This document shows, piece by piece, positions 18,876 through 22,358 of a DNA stretch of 22,358 bases; within the stretch, counting starts at the first letter, position 1; every line of letters starts with the position of its first letter. The DNA is taken from assembly GCA_044224875.1 (NCBI GenBank), contig JBGAJQ010000077.1, positions 1-22,358 of the forward strand. The letters are read 5' to 3'. The DNA is from Gemmatimonadaceae bacterium (GTDB taxonomy: Bacteria; Gemmatimonadota; Gemmatimonadetes; Gemmatimonadales; Gemmatimonadaceae). The notes under the pieces are model-generated. The model had not been told where the DNA came from. It made no database searches and worked only from the letters and a program-made list of their open reading frames with translations. The translations under genes were made by a program, and so were the position numbers.

Positions 18876-19137
18876 GAATGCCTCCCAGTCCCTGCAAGTA
18901 GCTTCTAGGTTTTGGTGTCGGGCGGGTGCCCGTTGGACGACTCAAACGTTTGTGCACGCCTGACGGTCGACCGATGAGCCATCTTGGGCGGAGACCGGAT
19001 GCCAGTCTGTAGGAGAAGCGCCGACGCCGTGGGGGGTGAGCGCCGACGTGCCAGTCCGCTAGACGATTCACGCCCCCAAGAGTACGGTTTACCGCCCGCA
19101 GCATACTGTTTCCGGCCGGCCCACCTACCCGACGATC

Positions 19138-20796
19138 ATGCCTAACGTCTCACGCCTCGTCCTCGCCGCCCTCTGTCTTGCCGGATCGACAGCACTCGCT
19201 CAAAACCCTGCCCCCGGCCCATACGACGTCATCATCCGAAATGCCCGAATCATTGACGGGACCGGGAACCCGTGGTACCGGGGCGATGTCGGCGTTCGTG
19301 GTGACCGCATTGCCGCGATCGGAGCAGTCCGCGGGGCCGCCAAGGTCACGATCGACGCCAACGACCGCGTCCTCACGCCCGGCTTCATCGACTTGATGGG
19401 GACGTCCTCTGCTCCGCACCTGACCGAACCGAGTGCGGCGGCATCGCGACTCTTTCAGGGGATTACCACCGCCTTGATCGGCGAAGGAGGATCCGAGGCA
19501 CCGCAGAACGATGAAACGCTCGGCGATGGCCTCCTGGTAAACGGACGACGCGTGAAATGGCGGACCTTCGGTGAGTATTTTGCCATGCTGGATCGCGCCG
19601 GAGTCCCCATGAATGTCGTGCATAACGTGGGGGCGGCGCAGGTGCGCCAAGTGGCGATGGGCGTCGAGGACACCCGACCCACTCCGCAACAGATGACACG
19701 CATGAAGGGGTTGGTTGAGCAGGCCATGAAGGATGGCGCTGTGGGTATCTCCACCGCCTTGATCTATCCCCCTGGAACGTACGCAACAACCGAGGAGCTG
19801 ATTGAGCTGTCGAAAGTCGCCGCGGCCCATGGGGGCGTCTATTTCAGCCACATGCGAAATGAGAGCGCGGGCGTCCTCGATGCCATACGCGAGGTCATCA
19901 GGATCGGCGAGGAAGCCAAGATCCCGGTTCACATCTACCACCTGAAGGCGGCCGGCCAGGAGAACTGGCCCCTGATGGCGCAGGCCATTGCGCTCATCGA
20001 GCAAGCCCGTAGCCGAGGCGTCGAGGTCACCGCGGACATCTATCCATACATTCGGAACGGCATCGGGCTCGGATCGTTCCTGCACCCGCGCCACTACGCC
20101 AAGGGGGACGCTCCATTTCTTGCCACGTTAGGCGACTCCTCGGTGCGTCGCACCCTGCGGCAGGAAACCGAGACCACGCGGGACTGGGAGAATTGGTACC
20201 GGCACGTCGGCATGAACTGGGACAACGTGCTCATCACCGATGTCGGCGGAAAAAACGATAAGGCGTACGTTGGCCTGAGCGTGCACGGCGTGGCTCAGAA
20301 GCGCGGCATCGACGACTGGAATGCGTTCTTCGACCTCGTGAAGGATGGCGCCGTGGACGTCGCGCCCAAGAGCATGAATGAGGAACAGAAGTGGCTGGCC
20401 TTCAAGGCCCCGTTCGTGGCCGTGGACGTCGACTCGCCGTTGGCGGATCCGGCCACGGCCCCCAGTGCCCACCCACGCGCCTTTGGCGCCTTCCCACGAG
20501 TGATCGCCAAGTACGTTAGGCAGGACTCGGCGCTGACGCTCGTGGATGCCATCCGTCGCATGACCTCCCTTCCGGCCAACATCCTCCGACTGCACGACCG
20601 CGGCCGCATCGAGGTCGGCATGAAGGCCGACCTGCTCATCTTCGATTCCGACAAGATTCAGGACAACGCCACCTTTGAACGACCACTTCAGTACGCGACG
20701 GGCGTGGATTACATGCTCGTCAACGGCGTCCCCGTCATTGCCAATGGGAAGCTCACCAAGGCACGCCCCGGAACGGTGATCCGCCATCGGGGGTGA
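19138..20796 (+). CDS. Secreted N-acyl-D-amino-acid deacylase-like amidohydrolase
   Basis: Signal peptide, IIDGTGNPWYRGDVGV, PGFID, GISTALIYPPG, SHMRNE, IYHLK, ADIYPY, HPRAFGAFPR, AIRRMTSLPA, DRGRIEVGMKADLLIFD. Confidence 0.9.
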   Translation: MPNVSRLVLAALCLAGSTALAQNPAPGPYDVIIRNARIIDGTGNPWYRGDVGVRGDRIAAIGAVRGAAKVTIDANDRVLTPGFIDLMGTSSAPHLTEPSAAASRLFQGITTALIGEGGSEAPQNDETLGDGLLVNGRRVKWRTFGEYFAMLDRAGVPMNVVHNVGAAQVRQVAMGVEDTRPTPQQMTRMKGLVEQAMKDGAVGISTALIYPPGTYATTEELIELSKVAAAHGGVYFSHMRNESAGVLDAIREVIRIGEEAKIPVHIYHLKAAGQENWPLMAQAIALIEQARSRGVEVTADIYPYIRNGIGLGSFLHPRHYAKGDAPFLATLGDSSVRRTLRQETETTRDWENWYRHVGMNWDNVLITDVGGKNDKAYVGLSVHGVAQKRGIDDWNAFFDLVKDGAVDVAPKSMNEEQKWLAFKAPFVAVDVDSPLADPATAPSAHPRAFGAFPRVIAKYVRQDSALTLVDAIRRMTSLPANILRLHDRGRIEVGMKADLLIFDSDKIQDNATFERPLQYATGVDYMLVNGVPVIANGKLTKARPGTVIRHRG

Positions 20797-21000
20797 TCGG
20801 CCGCCTCGTCTCCTGGGCAGCGGCACGCCGAACCGCTTGCTGCAACCATAAGATAGAGAGAGTCGGTGCGGGCAGGAACGGGCCCGTGCGTGCATCCGAT
20901 CGTCCGCCGATGCGCGGCCATGCCCCTACCTTGAGGACGGGGCTATTTTCCACGAGTTCGGCGGCCCGACTCCTCGCGCCAGTCCCTCAATCCCTGTCCT

Positions 21001-21486
21001 GTGCCCCAACCACTCGTCGCCGTCATCATGGGCTCCCGGTCCGATTGGGAGTACATGCAGCACGCGTGCTCGACGCTCACCGAACTCGGCGTGCCCTTCG
21101 AGTCGAAGATCGTGTCAGCTCATCGCACGCCCGACTGGATGTTTGAGTTCGCGTCGCAGGCCGAGTCGCGTGGTCTCCTGGCAATCATTGCCGGCGCGGG
21201 CGGAGCGGCCCACCTGCCTGGGATGACGGCCGCAAAGACGCTCGTCCCGGTGTTGGGCGTGCCAATCCCCGTCACCGCGCTCAACGGACAGGATGCCCTC
21301 CTTTCGATCGTCCAAATGCCCGCCGGCGTACCTGTTGGAACGTTGGCGATCGGAAAGCCGGGCGCAATCAACGCGGCGATTCTTGCCGCACAGATCGTTG
21401 GCGCGCATCAGCCCGATGTGCGCGAGCGACTGCGAGCCTGGCGTCAGGCACGTCGGGATGAGGTCATGACCCAGTCACTGCCGTGA
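21001..21486 (+). CDS. purE: N5-carboxyaminoimidazole ribonucleotide mutase
   Basis: [40 protein letters not shown]. Confidence 0.97.
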   Translation: MPQPLVAVIMGSRSDWEYMQHACSTLTELGVPFESKIVSAHRTPDWMFEFASQAESRGLLAIIAGAGGAAHLPGMTAAKTLVPVLGVPIPVTALNGQDALLSIVQMPAGVPVGTLAIGKPGAINAAILAAQIVGAHQPDVRERLRAWRQARRDEVMTQSLP

Positions 21487-22358
21487 CGCCGCTTCTCCCT
21501 GGCGCCACGATTGGATTGTTAGGCGGTGGCCAGCTCGGACGCATGACGGGGATGGCGGCTAGGTCGTTAGGCTATGACGTGCAGGTGCTGGACCCCGATC
21601 GCGATTGCCCGGCACGGGCCATTGCGTCCCGGACCATCACCGCCCGCTTCGACGACGCCGACGCGGCCGCCGATCTGGCTCGCGAGTGCGATGTCGTCAC
21701 GCTCGAGATTGAGCAGATCGGTGCGGACGCGTTGCGCGCGGTCACGAATCATGCGCCGCTCTGCCCGAACGCAGAGGCGATCCTTGTGGTGCAGGACCGC
21801 ATCCGACAGCGCAACTGGCTGGACCGGCATGGCTTCCCGGTCGGTGCGTTTCGCGTGGCCGCATCGGGCGACGAAGCCCGAGAGTCGGTTCGCACGCTGG
21901 GGCGATCGATCCTGAAGGCCCCACGTGGCGGCTATGATGGACGCGGACAGATTCGGGTCACCACGCCGGAGGAAGGGATGGACGGGTGGCGCACGTTAGG
22001 CAGCACTCCGGTGGTGGTCGAGCAGTTCCTCGACCTCGACCTGGAGCTGAGCGTGATGGTTGCACGTCGCGCCGATGGGACGTCCGTGGCCTTTCCGCCG
22101 GCGATTAACCATCACGTGGACGGCGTCCTCGATTGGTCGATCTGCCCGGGACCCCTCCCGTCCCCCGTCGTCCAACATGCCTCGCAGATCGGGATCGCGA
22201 TCGCCGAGGCGCTGCAGATCGTCGGGTTGATTGCCGTCGAACTCTTCCTCCTCAAGGACGGCCGGCTGCTGGTGAACGAGCTGGCGCCACGACCTCACAA
22301 CACATATCACCACACCGAGCGCGGTCTCTCGACGTCGCAGTTCGAGCAATTCGTTCGT
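21483..22358 (+). CDS. purK: N5-carboxyaminoimidazole ribonucleotide synthase, 3'-truncated by the window
   Basis: Not in the ORF track because it has no stop. My translation from GTG 21483 (GTGA overlap with purE) gives [30 protein letters not shown] and [10 protein letters not shown], consistent with ATP-grasp PurK. Confidence 0.94.
   Translation, partial: MTPLLPGATIGLLGGGQLGRMTGMAARSLGYDVQVLDPDRDCPARAIASRTITARFDDADAAADLARECDVVTLEIEQIGADALRAVTNHAPLCPNAEAILVVQDRIRQRNWLDRHGFPVGAFRVAASGDEARESVRTLGRSILKAPRGGYDGRGQIRVTTPEEGMDGWRTLGSTPVVVEQFLDLDLELSVMVARRADGTSVAFPPAINHHVDGVLDWSICPGPLPSPVVQHASQIGIAIAEALQIVGLIAVELFLLKDGRLLVNELAPRPHNTYHHTERGLSTSQFEQFVR

Larger units (their letters stand above)
3077..22001. 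repeat. Dispersed over-represented short motif, consensus YGTTAGGC
   Basis: GTTAGG at 3078, 4460, 8426, 8829, 12170, 12452, 17453, 18748, 20127, 20515, 21518, 21566, 21995. CCTAAC at 7695, 14491, 14803, 15412, 16449, 17472, 19141. Manual count. Confidence 0.8.

Noticed and set aside
20797..21000. Purine-related riboswitch (ZTP/PRPP/purine) upstream of purE
   Set aside because: Only a CCTGGGCA fragment resembles the ZTP 3' element. The conserved 5' domain is not visible.
3078..22001. Similarity of the motif to the nematode telomere repeat TTAGGC
   Set aside because: Copies are single and dispersed within bacterial genes, never tandem, so the resemblance is treated as coincidental.

Overview
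High-GC (roughly 65% by eye) bacterial chromosome window. It is probably Gemmatimonadota-like, inferred from a SusC/SusD pair occurring with classical GGAGG Shine-Dalgarno sites and sigma70-type promoters. Gene order: S8 subtilase lipoprotein (-), uvrA (+), SDR oxidoreductase and secreted beta-helix protein (-), tRNA-Asn(GTT) with promoter and terminator, two small hypothetical lipoproteins, a hairpin-rich intergenic region, TauE/SafE transporter, SusD and SusC (-), a four-gene membrane-bound group 1 [NiFe]-hydrogenase operon (-), a secreted D-aminoacylase-like amidohydrolase (+), purE and a truncated purK (+). No mobile element or CRISPR array was seen. The most unusual signal is not a gene: a non-palindromic motif, consensus YGTTAGGC, has its GTTAGG core 20 times on both strands, mostly inside genes and often using codons rare in GC-rich genes. 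This resembles a genome-wide uptake or protein-binding signal.
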